A model generated the notes under the pieces. The model ran no database searches, was not told where the DNA came from, and was given only the letters and a program-made list of their open reading frames with translations. The position numbers and the translations under genes are program-made. 32,820 nt of DNA from Spirochaetaceae bacterium (GTDB lineage: Bacteria; Spirochaetota; Spirochaetia; SZUA-6; Fen-1364), in assembly GCA_003170115.1 (NCBI GenBank), contig PMZS01000282.1:1-32820 (forward strand), given 5' to 3'. This document shows positions 25,847 through 32,820 of the stretch, piece after piece (position 1 is the first letter of the stretch; every line of letters begins with the position of its first letter).

Positions 25847-25875
25847 TTGTCGAAGTCTCCACGGGGGGATACACT
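25847..25875 (+). promoter_or_regulatory. sigma70-type promoter for the UVR-motif gene
   Basis: TTGTCG, 17-nt spacer, TACACT; GGGAG RBS and ATG 25894 follow. Confidence 0.6.
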
Positions 25876-25893
25876 GAAGGCGGGAGCGGGACG

Positions 25894-26658
25894 ATGAGCG
25901 CAGATATCACGGACATCCTGCGGGAGTGGGAGTTCGACTCGGACAACCAGATCCGCATCATACAGGCCGAGGACGGGCGCCAGGTTCTCCAGGTGCGCCA
26001 GCCCATGGGCATCGAGCAGTACGAGCTGGACGGCCGACCGGACGGCAAGAAGCCGTTCGGCCGGGAGTCCGCGCTGGAGGAGTTCCAGGCGCGCCTGGAA
26101 AGCTACCGCACGGCGCACGGCGGCGAGGAAGGGTTTGCCCTCAGCCACGAGGACTTTGCCGCCCTGCAGGGCGAGGGAGTGCTCTTCTATTTCCGCTACC
26201 TCGTGCTGTTCCAGATCGGCGATTTCATCCGCACCGCGCGGGACACCGAGCACAACCTGAATCTCTTCGCGCTGGTGGAGAGGTTCATCGACAGCGACGA
26301 TGACCGCAAGGAGCTTCTTCAGTACAAGCCCTACGTCGTGCGGATGAACGCCATCGCGCGCGCCATGATCTCGCTTCACAAGGAGATGAAGAGCGCGGCG
26401 GAGGACATCCTTTCCAGCGCGATCTCGGCGATCGAGGACATGCACGACATCGACACCCCCGCCTTCCAGTTCGAACGGGTGAGATCACTGAACTATCTCA
26501 AAGCGACGCTGAAGCAGATCCACGAGAAAAAGGGATCTGCCGCCGACTCGCTGAAGGTCGAGCTGCAAAGCGCGATCGACGACGAGGACTACGAGCGCGC
26601 CGCGGCGCTGCGGGACCGGATCCAGGAGCTGGACGTGAAGGAGCCGCAGGAAGAGTAG
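25894..26658 (+). CDS. Uncharacterised protein with C-terminal UvrB/UvrC (UVR) motif
   Basis: MSADITDILREW...LQVRQPMGIEQYELDGRPDG; C-terminal LQSAIDDEDYERAAALRDRI. No helicase or nuclease motifs. Confidence 0.85.
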   Translation: MSADITDILREWEFDSDNQIRIIQAEDGRQVLQVRQPMGIEQYELDGRPDGKKPFGRESALEEFQARLESYRTAHGGEEGFALSHEDFAALQGEGVLFYFRYLVLFQIGDFIRTARDTEHNLNLFALVERFIDSDDDRKELLQYKPYVVRMNAIARAMISLHKEMKSAAEDILSSAISAIEDMHDIDTPAFQFERVRSLNYLKATLKQIHEKKGSAADSLKVELQSAIDDEDYERAAALRDRIQELDVKEPQEE

Positions 26659-26661
26659 CGC

Positions 26662-26681
26662 GCCGCGGGTCTGCCCGCGGC
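26662..26681 (+). other. 8-bp GC-rich stem-loop after the UVR gene (possible terminator; no U-tract)
   Basis: GCCGCGGG-tctg-CCCGCGGC, 3 nt after the stop codon. Confidence 0.5.
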
Positions 26682-26687
26682 CTGAGC

Positions 26688-26716
26688 TTGCCGCTGTCCC
26701 CGCGCCCTGTTATTCT
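26688..26716 (+). promoter_or_regulatory. sigma70-type promoter with extended -10 for cupin-TPR
   Basis: TTGCCG, 17-nt spacer ending TGt, then TATTCT. Confidence 0.65.
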
Positions 26717-26735
26717 GGGCGGCGGGAGAGATTCC

Positions 26736-27083
26736 ATGATCAGGAAAAACCACGAAATGGAAAAAGAGGTGAGGGAGAAAATGCGCGACGGAACCGGCTC
26801 CGTCGAGGTTCTCCACATCTTCCGCAGCAGGGAGCTGAAGGGCAGGACGCGACTGTTCGCGCGGCTGCTGCTGCCGGCCGGCAGCTCCATCGGGTTTCAC
26901 CGGCACGAGGGCGAGGAGGAAATTTTCTACATCCTGTCGGGAACGGGCGTGGTCAGCGAAGGAGGCCCTGCCGCCTCCGTCGGGCCGGGGGACGCCGTTC
27001 ACACCGGGGACGGCGCGGGTCATTCCATTGCCAACCCGGGTCCCGGACCGATGGAGCTGCTCGCCGTGATACTCGTGTACTGA
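26736..27083 (+). CDS. Cupin-domain protein (TM1287-like, metal-binding)
   Basis: GSSIGFHRHEGEEEIFYILSG and GDAVHTGDGAGHSIAN cupin motifs. GGGAGAG RBS before ATG 26736. Confidence 0.88.
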   Translation: MIRKNHEMEKEVREKMRDGTGSVEVLHIFRSRELKGRTRLFARLLLPAGSSIGFHRHEGEEEIFYILSGTGVVSEGGPAASVGPGDAVHTGDGAGHSIANPGPGPMELLAVILVY

Positions 27084-27096
27084 GAGACGGCAGAGG

Positions 27097-29556
27097 ATGC
27101 TCTTTTTCCGGCGCCGACGACCCTTTGAGCGTCTTTCCACCTCGTTCCGCTGGCTGGAGCGGAAACCTTTCCCGACGGCGCGCGAATCCTCGTATGCCGC
27201 GGGGTACGAGGGCCGCGCCTACGTTCTGACCCTTCAGAAGGACAGCGTGTTTGCCTGGGAAACGATTGCGCCGGAGCGGCGGTTCACGGAGTTCATCCTC
27301 GAAGCGGAATTGGAACAGGATCAGGCGAACGGGCATTCCGCGGCCGGGGTGATCTTCCGACACGTCAACGATGAGAACTTCTACTCCTTCCTCCTGTCGT
27401 CACGGGGAAATTTCCGTGTAGACATCCTTTTCAACAACCACCCGATGACGCTCGTCGACTGGACCCACGTCCCCGAACCGGACCCCGAGCGGACGTCCGG
27501 GGCGGCGGCGAACAGGTTCCTGCGCGTCATCGCGCACGGGTCCAAGCTCTCGTTTCACGTGGACGAAGAATGGGTGGCCGAGGTGGAAGACGAGATGCTC
27601 CCCGAGGGGAGCATCGGCTTCGCCGCGCAGAACTTCGCCGGTTCGGGTCGGGGCGTATTCAGGTTCCGACGTCTCCTCCTGGATGCGCGCCCCCTCGTGG
27701 TGGAACGGGAGCACCTGCGTTCGTGGTACTACGGTCCCGTATCTCCGGCTGCGCGAGTGAGGCTGGCGGAAACGCACTACGCCTCCGATAACTTCCGGCC
27801 CGCCGCCGTGCAGCTGCGCAAGGGGCTCAAGGACCGTCCCGGGACGCCGAGGGAGCACTTTCTCCTGGCGGAGTGCTATATGCGGCTGTCGCTGTACGAG
27901 GACGCGCTGGCCGAGGTGGACCTTGTGCTCGCGGCGCAGCCCGCGCACGCCGAGGCGAGGCTGGAGAAGGCCAATCTTCTGTACCTCGCGCAGAGGCTGC
28001 TCGAAGCGCGCGATACGCTGCAGGAGGGAATTGCCGACGGGTCGATTGCCAGGAGCGCAGGCGCGTGGAACCTCCTGGGAAACGCGGAGTACGGCCTGGG
28101 CAACTGGGAGAAAGCGGTGGAGGCGTATCGCATGGCCGCGGACCTGCAACCGGAGATGCCTCTTTTTGTCCAGAATGCCGCCCGAGCCCTCGAACAGGCC
28201 GGCCGCCGGGAGGAGGCCGTCCAGTTCTATCTCCGAGCCGCCCGCGGGTTGTTCGCCGAGGAAGCCTTTGACGAGCTCTCCCTTGTCGTGCCGCGCGTGC
28301 GCAGCCTTGCCCCCGAACACCCCGAGGTCCTCGCGCTGGAAGCCAAGATGCTCTATCGCGAGGGGAAGACCCAGGATGCATTCACGATCCTCCAGCGTCT
28401 CGAGGATGAAGGGAGCGCCGACAGCGCCGTGCATTACCTTCTGGGGATCATCCTCACCGGCAGGGGAGCGAGGGCCGAGGCCCTGCCGCGCTTTTTCCGT
28501 GCCGCGGCGCTGGAGCCGGAGTTTCCTCTCTACCAGTTCCGCCTCGCGGAGACCCTGCACCTGCTGGGAAGCGATCCCCGGGAGCCGCTTGCGCGCGCGC
28601 GCAGTCTCGCGCCATTGGACCCCTGGGTGAACAACCTCGAGGGGCAGCTCCGCATGGAGGCAGGGGATCCTGGCGGAGCCGTCGGCTTCCTGCGCGTCGC
28701 ACGCGACGCGGCTCCCGGGGAGGAAATCATCTGCCTGAACCTCTCGGAGGCGCTTGCCCGCAGCGGCCGTGGCCCGGAGGCCCTCGAGGCTGTGGACGCG
28801 TTCGTGCGAGGCGCCGGAGAAAATGCGCAAACCTCGAACCAGCGCGGGAACATCCTGGCGGTCATGGGAGACAAGCAGGGCGCGGTGCGTGAATACGAGA
28901 AAGCCATCCGCATGGATCCCGAAACCCCCGCCTACAAGGAGAACTGCGCGGCGGCGTGCATCGAGCTGGACATGGTGCACCGAGCGGAGGAACTTCTCGC
29001 GCAGGTCGAGCCCGATCACCCTTCGGCGTCGGTCTACAACCTGCTCGGCCAGGTCGCCGCGCTCAAGGGCGAACGGGCGCGCGCAGAGCTCGCCTACTCC
29101 GCGGGGCTGCAGCGTGAGCCCGGCAATCCCGACATCTCGGTGAACCTCGCTCTCCTGCAGCGGGAGAGGGGCAGGCACGATGCCGCTCGCGACTTGCTGC
29201 TCTCCGTCCTCTCCGCCCATCCCGGACATGTGCGCGCCCGCTCGCTCCTGGATCGGATCAGGGCCGAGCGCGAGCAGCGGATCCAGTGCGCGACGTGCGG
29301 CAGGGAATGGTGGGCCCCGCGTGAGCTGCCCGCCCAGCCCGCCATGCGCGTGCGTGGTGAGCCTCCCGCAGAGGCTCCGGCCGGCCGTTGTCCGGCCTGC
29401 AGGAAGGTGTACTGCGTGGGATGCGCCTCGGCGCACCTCCGGGAAATGCGTTTCTACTGCCCTGATGACGGGGAGCTTCTCAAGCTCTCCGATGACTCAC
29501 TGAAATGGCTGCTCACGCGCGCCCTCGAAACACCTTCGAGTACCTCCTCGCCTTGA
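27097..29556 (+). CDS. Tetratricopeptide-repeat protein with N-terminal DUF1080/ConA-like beta-sandwich and C-terminal Cys-rich zinc finger
   Basis: N-terminal AAGVIFRHVNDENFYSFLL...GSIGFAA; many TPRs (AWNLLGNAEYGLGNWEKAVEAYRMA); C-terminal CxxC clusters. Confidence 0.85.
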   Translation: MLFFRRRRPFERLSTSFRWLERKPFPTARESSYAAGYEGRAYVLTLQKDSVFAWETIAPERRFTEFILEAELEQDQANGHSAAGVIFRHVNDENFYSFLLSSRGNFRVDILFNNHPMTLVDWTHVPEPDPERTSGAAANRFLRVIAHGSKLSFHVDEEWVAEVEDEMLPEGSIGFAAQNFAGSGRGVFRFRRLLLDARPLVVEREHLRSWYYGPVSPAARVRLAETHYASDNFRPAAVQLRKGLKDRPGTPREHFLLAECYMRLSLYEDALAEVDLVLAAQPAHAEARLEKANLLYLAQRLLEARDTLQEGIADGSIARSAGAWNLLGNAEYGLGNWEKAVEAYRMAADLQPEMPLFVQNAARALEQAGRREEAVQFYLRAARGLFAEEAFDELSLVVPRVRSLAPEHPEVLALEAKMLYREGKTQDAFTILQRLEDEGSADSAVHYLLGIILTGRGARAEALPRFFRAAALEPEFPLYQFRLAETLHLLGSDPREPLARARSLAPLDPWVNNLEGQLRMEAGDPGGAVGFLRVARDAAPGEEIICLNLSEALARSGRGPEALEAVDAFVRGAGENAQTSNQRGNILAVMGDKQGAVREYEKAIRMDPETPAYKENCAAACIELDMVHRAEELLAQVEPDHPSASVYNLLGQVAALKGERARAELAYSAGLQREPGNPDISVNLALLQRERGRHDAARDLLLSVLSAHPGHVRARSLLDRIRAEREQRIQCATCGREWWAPRELPAQPAMRVRGEPPAEAPAGRCPACRKVYCVGCASAHLREMRFYCPDDGELLKLSDDSLKWLLTRALETPSSTSSP

Positions 29557-29580
29557 CAAAGCCGACCGCATCGTTAGTAT
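29553..29580 (+). promoter_or_regulatory. sigma70-type promoter for the lolA operon
   Basis: Consensus TTGACA overlapping the TPR-gene stop, 16-nt spacer, TAGTAT. Confidence 0.55.
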
Positions 29581-29590
29581 GGGGTGAGCC

Positions 29591-30271
29591 TTGAACCGAA
29601 ACGCCACATACCTACTCATTCTCTGTCTCCTCGTCCCTCTGGGCGCCTCTGCGCAGTCCACGGACATGGTGTCGGCGGAGAAGTTCTTCGCGAACCTCTC
29701 TGCCAGCTACGGCATGGTCAAGGATTACGAGGCGAACCTCACGATCACGCAGGGCAAGGCGGTTTCGCGGGGGAAAATCTCGTACAAGTCCCCGCTGTAC
29801 CTCTTCATCCGGTTCGACGAACCGGCCAACCAGGTGATCTGCTTCGACGGGGAGAAGCTGACCGTCTACCTCCCCAACGAGCAGGTCGTGCTGCAACAGA
29901 GGTACAAGAAAAAGACTCCAAACCAGATTGAAGCGCTCGCCACAAGCCAGGGCCTGGCCCTGCTGCAGCGCAACTACTCCATTGCCTACCTCACCGGTCC
30001 CGCCGCGGTTCCCCTGGAGGAGGGCTCGAAGGAGATGGTGGTGAAACTGAAGCTCGTCGCCCGGGGAACCACGAGCTACAGCCAGATGATCATCTCCGTG
30101 AAGGACTCTCTCGTCCGCCGGGTGGAAGGTACGCAGTCCAGCGGAGACAAGGTGGTCATGGATTTCGCGGGCATCCGCACCAACCAGGGGGTGCCCGATT
30201 CCCGGTTCGTCTACGACGCCCCGCCGTACGCGAACGTCATCCAGGACTGGCTCTTCGATCCGGAGCAGTAG
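29591..30271 (+). CDS. lolA: Outer-membrane lipoprotein carrier LolA-family protein
   Basis: Signal peptide; GKISYKSP...IRFDEPANQVICFDGEKLTVYLP; NQGVPDSRFVYDAP. TTG start. Confidence 0.85.
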   Translation: MNRNATYLLILCLLVPLGASAQSTDMVSAEKFFANLSASYGMVKDYEANLTITQGKAVSRGKISYKSPLYLFIRFDEPANQVICFDGEKLTVYLPNEQVVLQQRYKKKTPNQIEALATSQGLALLQRNYSIAYLTGPAAVPLEEGSKEMVVKLKLVARGTTSYSQMIISVKDSLVRRVEGTQSSGDKVVMDFAGIRTNQGVPDSRFVYDAPPYANVIQDWLFDPEQ

Positions 30272-30276
30272 GAAGC

Positions 30277-31383
30277 ATGGAATCGATCGGTGAAAAACTT
30301 CGGCTTGCCCGCGAGCGCAACAACCTGACAATCGACCAGGTGGCCCGCGAAACCCACGTCGCGAAGCGCTTCCTGAAGGCGTTGGAGGATGAGGACTTCG
30401 CGGCCTTCCCCGGCGAGACCTACGCAATGGGCTTCCTGCGCAGCTACTCCGAATATCTCGGTCTCAACGCGGAGGAAATCGTCGGGATCTATCGCAACAT
30501 CAAGATCCAGGAGCAGCCGCTGCCGATGAACGAGCTGCTCGAATCCAAGCCCCACCTGCCGCCGCTGCGGATCATCATCTTCGCGGTTGCCGCGGTTCTC
30601 GCCCTCGCGGCCGTGGGTTATCTCGTCTACCGGGCGACCGCCCGGGCCGCCGGCCCCGCCGCCGCGGTGCAGAAGCCCTCGCAGTCGGCGGGCACGGATT
30701 TCGTCTTCCAGGACGAGGTCCGCACGCAGTGGTTCTCGCAGGGGGATGCCATCTCCGTGCCGTACGGTGGAAAGAGCTACAGGATCGTGGTATTCGCCAT
30801 TGGCGACACGCTCACCTTGAAGGTTCCCGGCGGGACTCTCGACATGGGCCTGGGCAAGGAGAGGTACATCGACCTGGACGGGGACTCCACTCCTGAAATC
30901 CGCATCGTGTGGAACGACGTGGACCGCGGCTCTCCGCAGAAGCGGGTGAACCTCGGCCTCTACCGTACATCCGGCCAGACCGTGGCGAACGCTGCGGCCG
31001 ATGCGTCCACCGCAATCCCCACCGCCGGGTCGGCGACGCCGGCCGTGCGCTCCGACACTTTCAAGCCTGTCACCGTCGCGCAGGCTGCGCAGGCAGGGCT
31101 CTTCACGCTGGACTTCACGTTCAAGAACGACTGTCTCTTCCGATACCTCGTGGACGCCGGCGACCGCGGGGACCGCTTCTTCCAGAGGGGCGAGCAGTTC
31201 ACCATCGATACCGCACGGAAGCAGGTGACGATCTGGCTGTCGAACGCGGGAGCGGCACGCATGCGCGTGCAGGGCAGGGATTTCGAGCTGGGCGATCTCG
31301 GAGAGGTGGCCACACGCAGGATCGCGTGGCGGAACGACACGGGGTCCGGCGGGTATGTCCTCGAAATCACTCCCCTGTACTGA
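30277..31383 (+). CDS. RodZ-like membrane protein (N-terminal HTH_25, single TM, extracytoplasmic domain)
   Basis: SIGEKLRLARE...FLKALEDEDFAAFPGETYAMGFLRSYSEYLGL; TM IIIFAVAAVLALAAVGYLVY; late LSNAGAARMRV resembles DUF4115. Lies upstream of rimO. Confidence 0.82.
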   Translation: MESIGEKLRLARERNNLTIDQVARETHVAKRFLKALEDEDFAAFPGETYAMGFLRSYSEYLGLNAEEIVGIYRNIKIQEQPLPMNELLESKPHLPPLRIIIFAVAAVLALAAVGYLVYRATARAAGPAAAVQKPSQSAGTDFVFQDEVRTQWFSQGDAISVPYGGKSYRIVVFAIGDTLTLKVPGGTLDMGLGKERYIDLDGDSTPEIRIVWNDVDRGSPQKRVNLGLYRTSGQTVANAAADASTAIPTAGSATPAVRSDTFKPVTVAQAAQAGLFTLDFTFKNDCLFRYLVDAGDRGDRFFQRGEQFTIDTARKQVTIWLSNAGAARMRVQGRDFELGDLGEVATRRIAWRNDTGSGGYVLEITPLY

Positions 31384-31400
31384 GCCCGGCTTCCGGCACG

Positions 31401-32702
31401 ATGGACGCTGACGCTTCCACCCGCCGCGCCTTCCATGTCGAAAGCCTCGGATGCGCGAAGAACCAGGTCGACTCGGAGCGCATGATTGCCTCTCTCGTTC
31501 GGGCGGGGTGGCGGCTGGCCGCGGCGCCTGACGAGGCGGACGTCCTCATCGTGAATACCTGCGGTTTCATCTCCTCCGCAAAAAAGGAATCCATCGAAAC
31601 GAGCCTCGAGCTGAAACAGCGGTACCCTGGCAAGAGGGTGATCATGGTCGGCTGTCTCACCGAGCGCTATGGGGAAGACCTCGCGCGGCAGCTGCCCGAG
31701 ATCGATGGCTTTCTCGGCAACAGGGATCCGTCGCTGATCCTGGGCCTCCTTTCCACGGAGGGGAATCGCGGGAGTCGGAATCTCTACGAGCGCTCCCACC
31801 TCCTCTCATTTCCCGGAAGCGCCTACTTGAAGATCGCGGAAGGATGCGGGAATCGCTGCACCTACTGCGCCATTCCTCTCATCCGGGGAGACCTTGCCAG
31901 CCGGCAGCCCTCGGAGATCGTCCAGGAGGCGAAGCAGCTCCTCGATCGCGGCATCATGGAGCTGGTCTTGATCGCGCAGGACCTCGGCTCCTACGGGCGT
32001 GACCTCGGCGGGCACTGCACGCTGCCGCGCCTGCTGGCCGATCTCTCGGTTCTCCCGGGCGATTTCTGGGTGCGGCTCCTGTACATTCACCCCGATCATT
32101 TCCCGAGCGGCATTCTCGACATCATGGCACGCGACCCTCGATTCCTGCCCTACTTCGACCTGCCTTTCCAGCACGCCGCCCCGCGGGTACTGCGGGCGAT
32201 GGGCAGGCGTGCCGACCCGGAGGCGAATCTCTCCCTTCTCACCCGGATCCGCGAGAGACTGCCCGGCGCGGTCATCAGGTCCACGTTCCTCCTGGGCTTC
32301 CCCGGTGAGACGGAGCAGGACTTCGAGGAGCTCCTCTCCTTCCAGTCCCGCGCCCGGCCCGACTGGCTGGGATGCTTCACGTATTCGCGGGAAGAGGACA
32401 CCCCGGCGTACGCGATGCGCGGCAGGGTGACGAAGGCGGTGGCCGATGCGCGCAAGGCTCGGGTCGAACAGCGTCAGGGCCCTCTCACCGAGCAGGCCCT
32501 GGAGGCCCACGTCGGAAGGACGCATGACGTTCTCGTGGAGGAGAGGGTCGAAGGGGAGGAGCTGTCCCTGGGACGCGCGTACTTCCAGGCTCCCGACGTT
32601 GACGGGCTTGTCGTGGTCAGGCGCAGCCTGCAGCCAGGGACGCGCTGTGCGGTCCTCATTGACCGGCGCAACGGCGTCGATCTCGAAGGGTCCCCCGCGT
32701 GA
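31401..32702 (+). CDS. rimO: Ribosomal protein S12 methylthiotransferase
   Basis: UPF0004 motifs SLGCAKNQVDSE and VNTCGFI; radical-SAM KIAEGCGNRCTYCAIP; TRAM GRAYFQAPDVDG. Start at ATG 31401. Confidence 0.93.
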   Translation: MDADASTRRAFHVESLGCAKNQVDSERMIASLVRAGWRLAAAPDEADVLIVNTCGFISSAKKESIETSLELKQRYPGKRVIMVGCLTERYGEDLARQLPEIDGFLGNRDPSLILGLLSTEGNRGSRNLYERSHLLSFPGSAYLKIAEGCGNRCTYCAIPLIRGDLASRQPSEIVQEAKQLLDRGIMELVLIAQDLGSYGRDLGGHCTLPRLLADLSVLPGDFWVRLLYIHPDHFPSGILDIMARDPRFLPYFDLPFQHAAPRVLRAMGRRADPEANLSLLTRIRERLPGAVIRSTFLLGFPGETEQDFEELLSFQSRARPDWLGCFTYSREEDTPAYAMRGRVTKAVADARKARVEQRQGPLTEQALEAHVGRTHDVLVEERVEGEELSLGRAYFQAPDVDGLVVVRRSLQPGTRCAVLIDRRNGVDLEGSPA

Positions 32703-32820
32703 GCGAAGAGCCCGGCTACTTCGCTGCCCTGAACCCGGAACAACGGGCGGCCGTGGTTCACTCGGGGTCTCCCCTGCTGATTCTCGCCGGGGCAGGATCG
32801 GGCAAGACGCGCGTGATCAC
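32699..32820 (+). CDS. UvrD/PcrA superfamily 1 DNA helicase (3'-truncated by the window edge)
   Basis: Not in the ORF track. GTG overlapping the rimO stop reads MSEEPGYFAALNPEQRAAVVHSGSPLLILAGAGSGKTRVI (Q motif plus Walker A). Confidence 0.9.
   Translation, partial: MSEEPGYFAALNPEQRAAVVHSGSPLLILAGAGSGKTRVI

Noticed and set aside
25666-25893. N-terminal extension of the UVR gene and small ORF 25635-25820 from the track
   Set aside because: Both run through the MITE. ATG 25894 has its own promoter and RBS.
1-32820. CRISPR array, tRNA/rRNA, prophage, defence island or autonomous transposase
   Set aside because: No regularly spaced repeats, cloverleaf/rRNA signatures, or phage, defence or transposase motifs were seen. 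Nearly all sequence is accounted for by housekeeping or metabolic genes.

Overview
GC-rich bacterial chromosomal window, most likely from a member of Spirochaetota (inferred from the archaeal/spirochaete-type UMP kinase, a spirochaete-style lipobox and the RodZ-like and TPR architectures). From left to right it holds: a tig(partial)-clpP-clpX-lon proteostasis cluster plus a PLP aminotransferase; a sugar-sensing and uptake locus (YesM-like kinase with a probable CTG start, YesN-like REC-AraC regulator, a double-domain sugar-binding lipoprotein, an unknown secreted protein, and a ytfQ-ytfR-ytfT-yjfF galactofuranose-type ABC transporter); convergent PHP phosphatase and galactokinase-family genes; a DUF5666-like exported protein; acnA; a DUF151-UVR protein; pyrH; a short serA-like gene; a UVR-motif protein; a cupin; a DUF1080-like/TPR/zinc-finger protein; and lolA-rodZ-like-rimO-uvrD/pcrA(partial). 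The strongest unannotated signals are three. (1) A 180-bp MITE-like element with in-register terminal inverted repeats and a perfect 9-bp target duplication, sitting 16 bp upstream of a sigma70 -35 box. (2) A candidate three- or four-component, dual-ligand sugar-sensing system. (3) Structured intergenic leaders in the ABC operon with mutually exclusive pairings. I saw no rRNA, tRNA or CRISPR array. All calls come from motif recognition by eye; no database searches were run.
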